From a virus (Duplodnaviria; Caudoviricetes), in IMG/VR virus record IMGVR_UViG_3300030372_000758, positions 1-36,326 of that record: DNA of 36,326 nt. The stretch is one strand, 5' to 3'. This document shows, one piece after another, positions 25,960 through 33,948 of the stretch; position 1 is the first letter of the stretch, and each line of letters begins with the position of its first letter. The notes below the pieces were generated by a model. The model saw nothing but the letters and a program-made list of their open reading frames with translations, was not told where the DNA came from and made no database searches. A program made the position numbers and the translations under genes.

Positions 25960-26771
25960 ACTCCACACATCCCTTCGCAAATTCCAGAAAATAAATCTAT
26001 TTGTTTATCCTTCTTAACTGTTAAATCCGCATCCTTTAAAGGTACAGCCGATCTATGCAAAAAATATTCTACTTCCCCAGTTCTATCGCAGCCGTGTAAT
26101 CCAGTTCTTAATTCTTCATCTAACTTAACTACAGCATCCCATTCTTCTTTATCTTTTTTTACATTTTGCCATTCGGTATTGTCGTGATATGGGCAAAACG
26201 TGCAAGCTGATCTAGGAGGTTCTGGATAACCATTTTTTTTCATCCAATCTTTACAGCCTTGTCTAGTAACTTTTAAATCAATTAATGGATATTCAAAATC
26301 TATATAATGATATGTACTTGTTCTCATTCTTTGAGGTTCATCCCTAGAAATACCAAATATTTGAGTAACCTTATGTTCTTTTGGTACTTTAACTCCTTTA
26401 CCCACGCCTAATAATTCTCTTATTTTTTTAGTTACGGGTTCAATTTTATAGGTACTTGTGCAGGCTCTACGGATAATTCCTTTTTTATGAGTTTTTAAAT
26501 TACGAGTAAATAATGGAATTGATGTGCCTCTTATATAAGTTCCCTTATTTGATATTCTTAAATTATCTGGAAGTGAACCAGCGGTAACTATTAAAACTGG
26601 ATAAGATAACTGTTCTGTCAACCATTTTAACCATTCATATACTTGTTTGGGTTCTCCTTGGGTATCGGAAAATACTGCATAATCTGGTTTCGGGACCAAT
26701 CCCTTTTCCATCATTAATGCTAAAGTTGATGATTGTACTCCAGCACCTAAAGATAATATTCTTAAATTCAC
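25956..26771 (-). CDS. PAPS reductase-like (PP-loop, Cys-rich) protein
   Basis: ILSLGAGVQSS, FSDTQGE, CT..YKI.P, YPL, PRSACTFCPYH, CEGMC. Confidence 0.8.
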   Translation of the reverse strand: MNLRILSLGAGVQSSTLALMMEKGLVPKPDYAVFSDTQGEPKQVYEWLKWLTEQLSYPVLIVTAGSLPDNLRISNKGTYIRGTSIPLFTRNLKTHKKGIIRRACTSTYKIEPVTKKIRELLGVGKGVKVPKEHKVTQIFGISRDEPQRMRTSTYHYIDFEYPLIDLKVTRQGCKDWMKKNGYPEPPRSACTFCPYHDNTEWQNVKKDKEEWDAVVKLDEELRTGLHGCDRTGEVEYFLHRSAVPLKDADLTVKKDKQIDLFSGICEGMCGV

Positions 26772-27154
26772 TTCTTCCCCTCACAAATTAAATCGTGCCG
26801 TTCCTGGAGTAATTGCATCACTTGCAACCAACCATCCGGTAGCATATACATCTCCTCCGATCTCCAAGGTGTTAGTTGCTTAATTCTAAAAGATGTAATA
26901 CTCTCGCCATCCACCTTATAAAAAACCAGGAAACTTGGCAGACCAGCTAATTCGGCTAATTTCTTTGTAGTTGTCGTTGCCTTCCAAGGTTGTCCCACAT
27001 CAAAAGCAGTTTCAGCTAGATACAAAGGAGATTTACATTTTAAACAAATACCACAGGCATCAATATCCAGCATTCCCAATTTTTCGGGAAGTGATCTGTG
27101 CCAGAGTGAATAAGCTGAAAACTTTACATCCTTATAATAAATATCTCTAGCCAA
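26768..27154 (-). CDS. Putative PD-(D/E)XK-fold nuclease-like protein
   Basis: LDID..CxxC..PLYLAET; TTG start with GGAG RBS. Confidence 0.55.
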   Translation of the reverse strand: MARDIYYKDVKFSAYSLWHRSLPEKLGMLDIDACGICLKCKSPLYLAETAFDVGQPWKATTTTKKLAELAGLPSFLVFYKVDGESITSFRIKQLTPWRSEEMYMLPDGWLQVMQLLQERHDLICEGKK

Positions 27155-27466
27155 TTAAAGATCTCCCTTATTTCTATATTCCTTTAATTGTTTCTCTAAC
27201 TTTACTTCTAAAATTTTATTTTCTTTTTCTAATTTATTAACTCTAACCTGGAGTTCTCCATTTAACTTTTGATGACCCTCGTCTATAACCTTTAAGTTAT
27301 TATAGCTTTCTTGTAGCCTGTCGATTTCATTTTTAAGATCTTTAATTTGTGCCTCATACTTTGAAACCTTATTAATCATTAAAGTATCCGCCTCTTTTTT
27401 AGCATCCTCAACTTCCGATAAACCCACCTTAATATTTTTTAATTCGTTATCTAAAAAATCAGCCAT
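27155..27466 (-). CDS. Coiled-coil hypothetical protein
   Basis: Heptad-rich; probable start MADFLD after GGGGAG. Confidence 0.7.
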   Translation of the reverse strand: MADFLDNELKNIKVGLSEVEDAKKEADTLMINKVSKYEAQIKDLKNEIDRLQESYNNLKVIDEGHQKLNGELQVRVNKLEKENKILEVKLEKQLKEYRNKGDL

Positions 27467-27722
27467 AACAAAACTCCCCATCGCAATAATTACAAAGTAA
27501 AATTGGATCTCCTAAATATTCTCCTTTTAATCTATCGTTTGTTGGATGATCTATGTCGCAACAATTAGCACTAATTGCTTTTGGATATTTATTTACATAA
27601 CTCATCCAAACTTTACAAAATCGTTCCCATTCTAATTTATAAGGATCAACAACAACTTGATTTTGTGTTTCTTTAGGAAATAAAAGTAGAGCTGCAACAA
27701 TAAATAAAAATAATATTTTCAT
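27459..27722 (-). CDS. Hypothetical protein with N-terminal hydrophobic segment and Cys residues
   Basis: MKILFLFIVAALLLFP; coupled to its neighbours. Confidence 0.65.
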   Translation of the reverse strand: MKILFLFIVAALLLFPKETQNQVVVDPYKLEWERFCKVWMSYVNKYPKAISANCCDIDHPTNDRLKGEYLGDPILLCNYCDGEFCYG

Positions 27723-28012
27723 TTAATCACAATCTCCGTAACCTCCTGTACCCAAGCTCCAGGAATAGTGTTTGTATTACCAACAGTTAAAGATCCATCC
27801 TCTGCATCTATTGAATAGTCGGCAAAAATTGTAAGTAGTTCTTTTGTTTGAATTAATTTATGACCCTTTGAAATACAAATTGCGGGTTTTAACTTTTTAG
27901 CTTTTTCAACTGACATCCATGAATTATCTGCCAAGGTGTCGAACCACCTAACCTCCACAAAAGGATAATCTTCAATCGTACCAGTTATTTTTTTTTCTTT
28001 TTTCCTATTCAT
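27719..28012 (-). CDS. Conserved phage hypothetical protein
   Basis: VEVRWFD...W...CISKG...TIP..WV pattern. Confidence 0.75.
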   Translation of the reverse strand: MNRKKEKKITGTIEDYPFVEVRWFDTLADNSWMSVEKAKKLKPAICISKGHKLIQTKELLTIFADYSIDAEDGSLTVGNTNTIPGAWVQEVTEIVIK

Positions 28013-28202
28013 AAAAGCTAGAAGGTTTGACTTTTCCTTTGGTTTTTTCGGAGATCAGTTTCATAAATTCTGGTCGAGGTATCCTCTCCTTGTTGCACCA
28101 ACGAAATACAGTTGATCCAGGAGATGTGCCTTTAATTCCTAAAAATTCAGCTAGCTTTTTATGTGATAGATTTTTTGATTTTCTAAATGTTTCTAATTGC
28201 AT
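28005..28202 (-). CDS. cro: Cro-like HTH regulator
   Basis: 65 aa, LSHKKLAEFLG..TVFRWC..RIPRP...TKGKV; divergent from the CI-like gene. Confidence 0.85.
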   Translation of the reverse strand: MQLETFRKSKNLSHKKLAEFLGIKGTSPGSTVFRWCNKERIPRPEFMKLISEKTKGKVKPSSFYE

Positions 28203-28384
28203 GATTTGCTCTATATGGATTTAATGCCATATCGTCAACAAATACGCATATCAATAATGTGGATATTTAGGTATAATCTATATATTTATACAACTATATA
28301 TACACTTTTTTGCTTATAATTTTTTTTATACAGTAACTATTGACAATTATATACCTATTGATTTATAGTTGCCAATATGACAAT
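28203..28384. promoter_or_regulatory. Divergent cro/cI promoter-operator region
   Basis: Leftward TTGACG-17-TATAGA; rightward TTGACA-18-TATAGT; operator-like 28223..28239 and 28368..28384. Confidence 0.8.
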
Positions 28385-29084
28385 AACAAAATCAAATATA
28401 CGAATCTTAAATAATACAAATAAGGAACACAAAGATACAACTATGGCAATGCTAAAAAAACTTCTTGATGACAGAGGAATGAACCAAGCTGAACTTGCCA
28501 AACAATTAAAAAGAGACAAAACTACAGTTAATCGTTGGGCAAAAAATAGCCGTGAAATTACTTGGGATAATGCTGAAAAAATTGCTAAAGTTATTGGTTG
28601 CCATCCAGTAGAAATTTATAAACCTCACAACTACGTTATTTTAAGAAATAGATGTACTTGGAATGGTATTGTGCATGTTATAGATAAAGAAGATCAATAC
28701 GCAGTAGACGTGCCTTATGAATATTACCATCCCAATATAAAAGCTATTCTAATGCAATGTCCAGGAGTTCCAACAGACGGTGAGATTTGGTTATTTGATA
28801 TTCCTAAAGTTAAAACTTTTGCTAAAAATTCTATCGGTAAAATTTGCTACATAGAGCCATCTAAACTTGCAATAAAAGAATTAAAAAAAATGAAAAAAGA
28901 TCCATGTGTACCTATTGTTGCATTATTAAAAGGTAATGGTGATGGTACTTTAGCGTTAGTAAATAGTTATACTAATGAACCAATTAACGAACATTGCCAT
29001 AAAGTACCTACAGAATTTTTAGGTATAGTTTCTCCAGTTAAAGCTAGATACGACCCAGAGTTGTTAAATAATATAAACAAATAA
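28377..29084 (+). CDS. cI: CI-like XRE repressor
   Basis: LKKLLDDRGMNQAELAKQLKRDKTTVNRW HTH plus a C-terminal domain with no obvious S24 catalytic motif. Confidence 0.8.
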   Translation: MTITKSNIRILNNTNKEHKDTTMAMLKKLLDDRGMNQAELAKQLKRDKTTVNRWAKNSREITWDNAEKIAKVIGCHPVEIYKPHNYVILRNRCTWNGIVHVIDKEDQYAVDVPYEYYHPNIKAILMQCPGVPTDGEIWLFDIPKVKTFAKNSIGKICYIEPSKLAIKELKKMKKDPCVPIVALLKGNGDGTLALVNSYTNEPINEHCHKVPTEFLGIVSPVKARYDPELLNNINK

Positions 29085-29092
29085 GTATATAA

Positions 29093-29146
29093 GTTGCCAA
29101 ATATACATATTCCGTGTTGACAAAGTTCCTATAATGTTCATAAAAG
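29093..29146 (+). promoter_or_regulatory. Promoter with alphaproteobacterial LexA (SOS) box
   Basis: TTGACA at 29117..29122; GTTC-CTATAAT-GTTC (GTTC-N7-GTTC) at 29125..29139; operator-like 29093..29109. Confidence 0.75.
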
Positions 29147-29164
29147 AATCTATTGATTTGCTTT

Positions 29165-30097
29165 ATGGAAAAAGACGAATTTTTAGACAATATAAAAGAA
29201 TTACCTAAATGGGTTGAGCTTTACGGTATCAACCATCATTCCCCCTCTCAAATAAATTCCAATGATGATATTTGGAGTTACAAATATTTATACCTATCCC
29301 AAGAAGAACGAAGAGAACTACCCATAAATTCTAAAATGTTTTCTGGAGTGTGCCTTGGCGATATGGCGCAATTACAATTTGGCAATTATGTTTGGGAATA
29401 TGTTAAAGGAAAAGGTTTAACTAGAAAAGAAATTCCACCGCAAAGAAAAGTTTTTGAAAAAATTATAGAAAAATTTAATTTGTATGATCCCGCAGATGAC
29501 AAAGACAGAGAGCAACACGATATAAATAGACAAGGTTTAGCTTTAACATTTCAACAATTAAAATATGGATTAAGAGAAATTAAATTAAAAGCTCCAATAG
29601 ATTGTGAGAGATCCGTTAGTTTAGAATTACCTAATTGCTTATTACCTTGTATCGGCAGAATAGATATAGAAGATGAAAATAATTTTGTTGAAATTAAAAC
29701 AAAATGGCGAAAGAAAAACAGACCAAGAAAAGATGGTACATCTAATTATTCTGTACCAAAAATAGATGAAGGTTATTTAGGTTGGCAAGACCATATTCTG
29801 CAAGTTGCTTTCTATTGGTTAGCTTGCAATAAAAAAAAGAAACCTCACTTATTAGTAATTAATGAAAAAGATTATAATGTTTTTACTCCAGATAATTGCG
29901 ATGATTTAAAACCAGAAAATTTAGAACTTCAATTAAATAAAATGGCAATGGTTGCCAAACGCAGAGAAAGAGTAATGGAAAACCATGCTGGTAAAACTAC
30001 TTGGTTCCAAGATATTCCATGTGATTTCGACCACTTCTTTTGGAACGGTTTAGGAGATCACAAACAAGCAGCTATGAAACTGTGGGGTTTAGTATGA
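29165..30097 (+). CDS. PD-(D/E)XK exonuclease (RecE/Cas4-like recombination nuclease)
   Basis: HHSPSQ, GRIDIE..FVEIKTK, LQVAFY; ATG at 29165 (ORF track gives TTG at 29153). Confidence 0.85.
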   Translation: MEKDEFLDNIKELPKWVELYGINHHSPSQINSNDDIWSYKYLYLSQEERRELPINSKMFSGVCLGDMAQLQFGNYVWEYVKGKGLTRKEIPPQRKVFEKIIEKFNLYDPADDKDREQHDINRQGLALTFQQLKYGLREIKLKAPIDCERSVSLELPNCLLPCIGRIDIEDENNFVEIKTKWRKKNRPRKDGTSNYSVPKIDEGYLGWQDHILQVAFYWLACNKKKKPHLLVINEKDYNVFTPDNCDDLKPENLELQLNKMAMVAKRRERVMENHAGKTTWFQDIPCDFDHFFWNGLGDHKQAAMKLWGLV

Positions 30098-30348
30098 GGG
30101 AAGATAACTCAATGATTAATCCTCAATCTTGGTTGCTGAAAAAAGAATTAGTAAAGAAAAAAAACAATTCAAGAGGTATGCTCCTTATATTGATTGTTTT
30201 TCTTATCTCCCTCATAGTTATAAGTCATCTCTTTACTAATAACGGTAGCCAGATGAGTTCAGCCGAGAGGTTTAACAAGGGTTTTATAACAGGCAGTTAT
30301 CTTTCCCCTTTTTCATACATCTGGCTATCAGAAAGTTATTATGGGTAA
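30094..30348 (+). CDS. Small membrane protein ORF overlapping a structured RNA
   Basis: ATGA coupling at 30094; TM segment MLLILIVFLISLIVISHLF; the 3' half coincides with the RNA structure, so coding status is uncertain. Confidence 0.45.
   Translation: MREDNSMINPQSWLLKKELVKKKNNSRGMLLILIVFLISLIVISHLFTNNGSQMSSAERFNKGFITGSYLSPFSYIWLSESYYG
30244..30329 (+). ncRNA. C4/CI-like three-way-junction antisense RNA candidate
   Basis: P1 GGTAGCCAGATG/CATCTGGCTATC; P2 GTTCAGCC-GAGA-GGTTTAAC; P3 AAGGG..ATAAC-AGGCA-GTTAT..CCCTT; single-stranded parts complementary to 30073..30109. Confidence 0.7.
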
Positions 30349-30925
30349 AGTTATTAATATCAATAAAATAGAAAACGAAATAACAAAGTTAAAAGCTAAT
30401 GGCGGTATGTGGGAGATTGGTCCAGGTAAGTTTGCCATTAAACATTTAGAATTAGAAAAATTAGCCAACACTTATAATATTGAAACTAATGTTGAAATTA
30501 AACATTGTAATTTAGAAAAAGGTTGTGCAGTAGTAAAAGCTGTTGCAACATTTAACGGTAAAAGTTTTTATACACTTGGAGAAGTTTCCCCTCTTAATAA
30601 TGATTTTATATTTCCAATAGCTGTAGCAGAGAAAAGAGCTGCGGATCGAGCTATTCTTAAAGCTCTTGGTATTCATGGTAATATTTATAGTTCAGAAGAA
30701 TTATCAAATATAAAAAATAATAATAATCAAAATACTGGCATAGACTTAAACCAAGAAACAATCATTTTAGAAAGAATTAAAAACGCAAGTCATCAAGCAA
30801 ACTTGGAACAAATTAAAAGTCAAAATAAAGATTTCTTAACAGAGCTAAAGAAACAAGATTTAAAAAGGTACGAAAAATTAAAACAAGCCTTTTTAAATAG
30901 AAACCAGCAATTCATAGGAGGATAA
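30341..30925 (+). CDS. Putative single-strand annealing protein (Rad52/Sak-like)
   Basis: AVVKAVA...GE...AEKRAADRAILKALG..YSSEE; between the exonuclease and the SSB-like gene. Confidence 0.6.
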   Translation: MGKVININKIENEITKLKANGGMWEIGPGKFAIKHLELEKLANTYNIETNVEIKHCNLEKGCAVVKAVATFNGKSFYTLGEVSPLNNDFIFPIAVAEKRAADRAILKALGIHGNIYSSEELSNIKNNNNQNTGIDLNQETIILERIKNASHQANLEQIKSQNKDFLTELKKQDLKRYEKLKQAFLNRNQQFIGG

Positions 30926-30933
30926 TATAATAT

Positions 30934-31218
30934 ATGGCTGATTTTCAAAAACCAAAAGACCCAAACTGGATGTGTACCTTTTCATTGAAAAGAAACGCAG
31001 ATAAAAAACCTGGCGATAATAAACCAGATTTAGTTTTGGTGGATAGTGAAAAGATAAATCAAAAATCTGGGAAACCTTATCGTAAGAACTTTACGATTAA
31101 TGGTACCTGGTGCGAGGCATCTTGTTATATCCAAGAAAATAAGGATCTAAAAATTACCATTAAGAAAACTGGTGGAGATAAACCAGCTTCTAATGATGGA
31201 TTTAACGATCAATTTTAG
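30934..31218 (+). CDS. SSB-like protein
   Basis: KKPGDNKPD, beta-rich, acidic/aromatic tail DGFNDQF; RBS AGGAGG. Confidence 0.55.
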   Translation: MADFQKPKDPNWMCTFSLKRNADKKPGDNKPDLVLVDSEKINQKSGKPYRKNFTINGTWCEASCYIQENKDLKITIKKTGGDKPASNDGFNDQF

Positions 31219-31227
31219 GGGAAACAA

Positions 31228-31443
31228 ATGCAATATGGCTTAACTGAAAAGCAACTAAAACTTTTTAAGTTTATTAAAAGCTATATTTCTAAAAAAAACA
31301 TATCGCCATCTTACGATGAAATGAAGGTGGCGATAGGTGCAAAATCCAAATGTGGAATTTATGCTAGAATTAAACAATTAGAGGAAAGAGGATGGATAAA
31401 AAAACTACCAGGAAAAGCGAGAAGTATCCAAATAATCCGATAG
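31228..31443 (+). CDS. LexA DNA-binding-domain-only protein
   Basis: LTEKQ..LFKFIKSYI....SPSYDEM..AIG.KSK......LEERGWI...PGKARSI. Confidence 0.9.
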   Translation: MQYGLTEKQLKLFKFIKSYISKKNISPSYDEMKVAIGAKSKCGIYARIKQLEERGWIKKLPGKARSIQIIR

Positions 31444-31727
31444 ATCTTTCTCCAGATGCTAATACTAACGAGTTAATATCTCGAATATTAGATAGGGATA
31501 AAGAAGGTATGGATAAGTTTAAAATTACCATGCAAGACAAAATGTTGAAGGATCCCACCAATGCAAAGTTCTGGTTGCAAGAAGGATTAGAAGAAGGTAT
31601 AGATTTATGTAGATATTTAATAAATTCTATTCATTCTTACAATCTCCTCAACGAAAAATATAAGAAACTTCTCAAAGAAAACAAAGAATTAAAAGAACAT
31701 AATAAAATGATGTATGAGCATCCATAA
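31392..31727 (+). CDS. Hypothetical protein, possibly all-alpha NTP pyrophosphatase-like
   Basis: R..EG..KF..T...WLQEGLEEGID..RYL acidic motif. Confidence 0.5.
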   Translation: MDKKTTRKSEKYPNNPIDLSPDANTNELISRILDRDKEGMDKFKITMQDKMLKDPTNAKFWLQEGLEEGIDLCRYLINSIHSYNLLNEKYKKLLKENKELKEHNKMMYEHP

Positions 31728-31980
31728 GAAATTTGAAAAATTCTGGTCTGGTTCTGTTTCATTTACAGCTACAGAAACCTTTAAAGATCTGGATACTGCG
31801 GTTAAAGCTAGTGTGCCAAGTACCGCAGCTAAAATAGTAATTGATGAAAAAACTATCAGTTACGATTTCAATAGGATGAAGGAGGTTAGTAATCCAAATG
31901 ATAACACACTACCAACACCTGGGAAAAGAAATCCAGGAGAAAGAAAAGGAGAGAAAAAAGTTGAACAGACAAATAAATAA
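31714..31980 (+). CDS. Hypothetical protein
   Basis: 88-aa ORF in operon. Confidence 0.6.
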   Translation: MSIHKKFEKFWSGSVSFTATETFKDLDTAVKASVPSTAAKIVIDEKTISYDFNRMKEVSNPNDNTLPTPGKRNPGERKGEKKVEQTNK

Positions 31981-32095
31981 GTTGTTAAAAGACGATACTG
32001 TTCATCCAGCTATTGCTGCTCTTTCTAAACAAAGTCATTCAAAGCTGATTGATATAATTACTTTGAAAGACGAACAAAGTAAATTACCAGGTTAA
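31898..32095 (+). CDS. Hypothetical coiled-coil protein
   Basis: 65 aa, GGAGG upstream. Confidence 0.55.
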   Translation: MITHYQHLGKEIQEKEKERKKLNRQINKLLKDDTVHPAIAALSKQSHSKLIDIITLKDEQSKLPG

Positions 32096-32163
32096 ACTGG
32101 TACTTTATAACCATTCTAAACTAATTGAATATTAGTAATACCCTTCCTACGCCTAAATAAAGA

Positions 32164-32214
32164 AAAGCCAATTTGTCAATATAGGTTGACAGATAAGCAA
32201 CAGATTGATATTGA
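32164..32214 (+). promoter_or_regulatory. Integrase promoter with two operator-like sites
   Basis: TTGACA(32186)-17-TATTGA; AAAGCCAATTTGTCAAT and GTTGACAGATAAGCAAC. Confidence 0.7.
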
Positions 32215-32223
32215 TTTGGCTTA

Positions 32224-33399
32224 ATGAAATTTTGGTTAAATACAATTAAAGATAAAAATAAAAAGCCAATCTATTTACAAGTTCAAGGCATCAAAGATGA
32301 TGGTACTAAATTTGAACAATCAAGATTTGAACTGAACCAAAGACGTAGAGCCAAAGAATATATTAAAGATTTAAAAGAAGAGGATTATAAATTACCAGAG
32401 GTTGAGGTTACATTTGATGATGCTTTTCCAAAATATTATAAATCTTTAAAAAACAATGACGACAACCAAGAAGATACAAATAACAGATATATTTCATTAT
32501 TAAAGGCTCATATCCAGCCGTATATTGATGAAAAGTACCTATTTGAGTACAAGGCAAGCACCTTTAAAGACACCCTCTTAAAACGTATTAGAAGCAGTAA
32601 AAAGACTAAATGGAAGAAATTTAACGACATTTATCAATTAACTAGACAAAATGAAGTAATAGATAAAAAGACTGTCAAAGATGCGGTGGCATCCTTTAAA
32701 AGATTCATAGTTTGGTGTGATGATAATGGCTGGAAGATAGATCTTAAAATATTAAGACACAGATTTAGTAAAGCTAAAACTACAACCAAGGTTAAGAAGA
32801 TAGTTAAATGGGTTCCTAAAAAGGAAAATGTTTTAACTCTAATAAATAGTGAAAAAAATATTTGTGATAAAACTTTATATAGAGCATCGGCAGAAATAGG
32901 AGGAAGATTAAATGAGATGTTGGCTATCTGTTATGATGATGTTTATGAAGATAAAGAGCTTGGAGTATGGGTTGTTCATATCAGACACTCTTTGGGTCCA
33001 GATAATTCCTTTAGACCCGACTACTTAAAAACCGGTAGTTCTGAAAGAAAAATAGAAATTAGCGAAACATTATTAAAGTATCTTCAGTCTTGGATAAAGA
33101 TACAAATAGCACCTAAAACTCATCAAAGAAAATACAGAAGATTATTTCCATACAATAAAAAATATGCAGCCGATAAAGTTAAAGCTGCCGCTAAAAGATT
33201 AAATATAGAATGGCTTGGTGGCTTTGCACCATTTAGAAAATTCAGTAGTTCCCTTTTAAAATCTCAAAATGTTTTTACAGAAGAACAATTAGATTTAAGA
33301 TTTGGTAATACTGAAGAGGTAAGAAAGAAACATTATTATAATGATCTGAATTTGAACAAAGAAAAGAAAACTGCCACAATTAACAAACTACTAACATAA
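32224..33399 (+). CDS. int: Tyrosine integrase
   Basis: GGRLNEMLAI (R), LKT..SER (K), APFRK (R), FGN, KHY (Y); next to a tRNA-derived attP. Confidence 0.9.
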   Translation: MKFWLNTIKDKNKKPIYLQVQGIKDDGTKFEQSRFELNQRRRAKEYIKDLKEEDYKLPEVEVTFDDAFPKYYKSLKNNDDNQEDTNNRYISLLKAHIQPYIDEKYLFEYKASTFKDTLLKRIRSSKKTKWKKFNDIYQLTRQNEVIDKKTVKDAVASFKRFIVWCDDNGWKIDLKILRHRFSKAKTTTKVKKIVKWVPKKENVLTLINSEKNICDKTLYRASAEIGGRLNEMLAICYDDVYEDKELGVWVVHIRHSLGPDNSFRPDYLKTGSSERKIEISETLLKYLQSWIKIQIAPKTHQRKYRRLFPYNKKYAADKVKAAAKRLNIEWLGGFAPFRKFSSSLLKSQNVFTEEQLDLRFGNTEEVRKKHYYNDLNLNKEKKTATINKLLT

Positions 33400-33407
33400 G
33401 GATAAAC

Positions 33408-33839
33408 ATGGATGCGCTACACCATAAAGCTAGGATTGCAAAGTTTCTCTTTGCCTTTAGGTTCCTAGATAAAGTTATAGATAATGGCAATGGTTCACAA
33501 TCAAGATTGCCAAAACATAAAAACCAAACAGTTCATGCCAAAGCACAAGGTAAAACTTTTCAGCAAGTACAAAAACAAGAAAAGGGTCAAAACGGAATAC
33601 CAGCACATGATTTGTTTTTATTATTAAAAAAGGAAGGTTACGATATTAACTTAATTTTTAATAGTAATCCAGAAGAGGTATTGGCAAAGATAGATAAGAG
33701 ATACCACAAAAAAGTATTAGAGAATTTTGCTAGAGTAGATAAAAATATAGAACAAGAAAGGAAACTCCAAGCAAAATATAGACCAATGCTCCCAAAGTTA
33801 GAACGGGAGCTTGCATATCAATCAACATATAAAGGATAA
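33408..33839 (+). CDS. XRE-type HTH protein
   Basis: GKTFQQVQKQEKGQNGI resembles the TFQQVQKYE.G.NRI recognition helix. Confidence 0.75.
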   Translation: MDALHHKARIAKFLFAFRFLDKVIDNGNGSQSRLPKHKNQTVHAKAQGKTFQQVQKQEKGQNGIPAHDLFLLLKKEGYDINLIFNSNPEEVLAKIDKRYHKKVLENFARVDKNIEQERKLQAKYRPMLPKLERELAYQSTYKG

Positions 33840-33851
33840 TATGTTTAAAAC

Positions 33852-33877
33852 AAAGGTGGGGAGAAATCCCCACTTTT
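33852..33877 (+). terminator. Rho-independent terminator
   Basis: GTGGGGA-GAAA-TCCCCAC-TTTT. Confidence 0.8.
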
Positions 33878-33948
33878 AAAAAGATGCTTGAAACTTTAAT
33901 AATTATTGAGATTGTTTTTATAGCGATTTATTTCATTCAAAATTAATT

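Noticed and set aside
29165-30097. Cas4/CRISPR system
   Set aside because: No repeat-spacer array or other cas genes; the context is an exonuclease-SSAP-SSB recombination module
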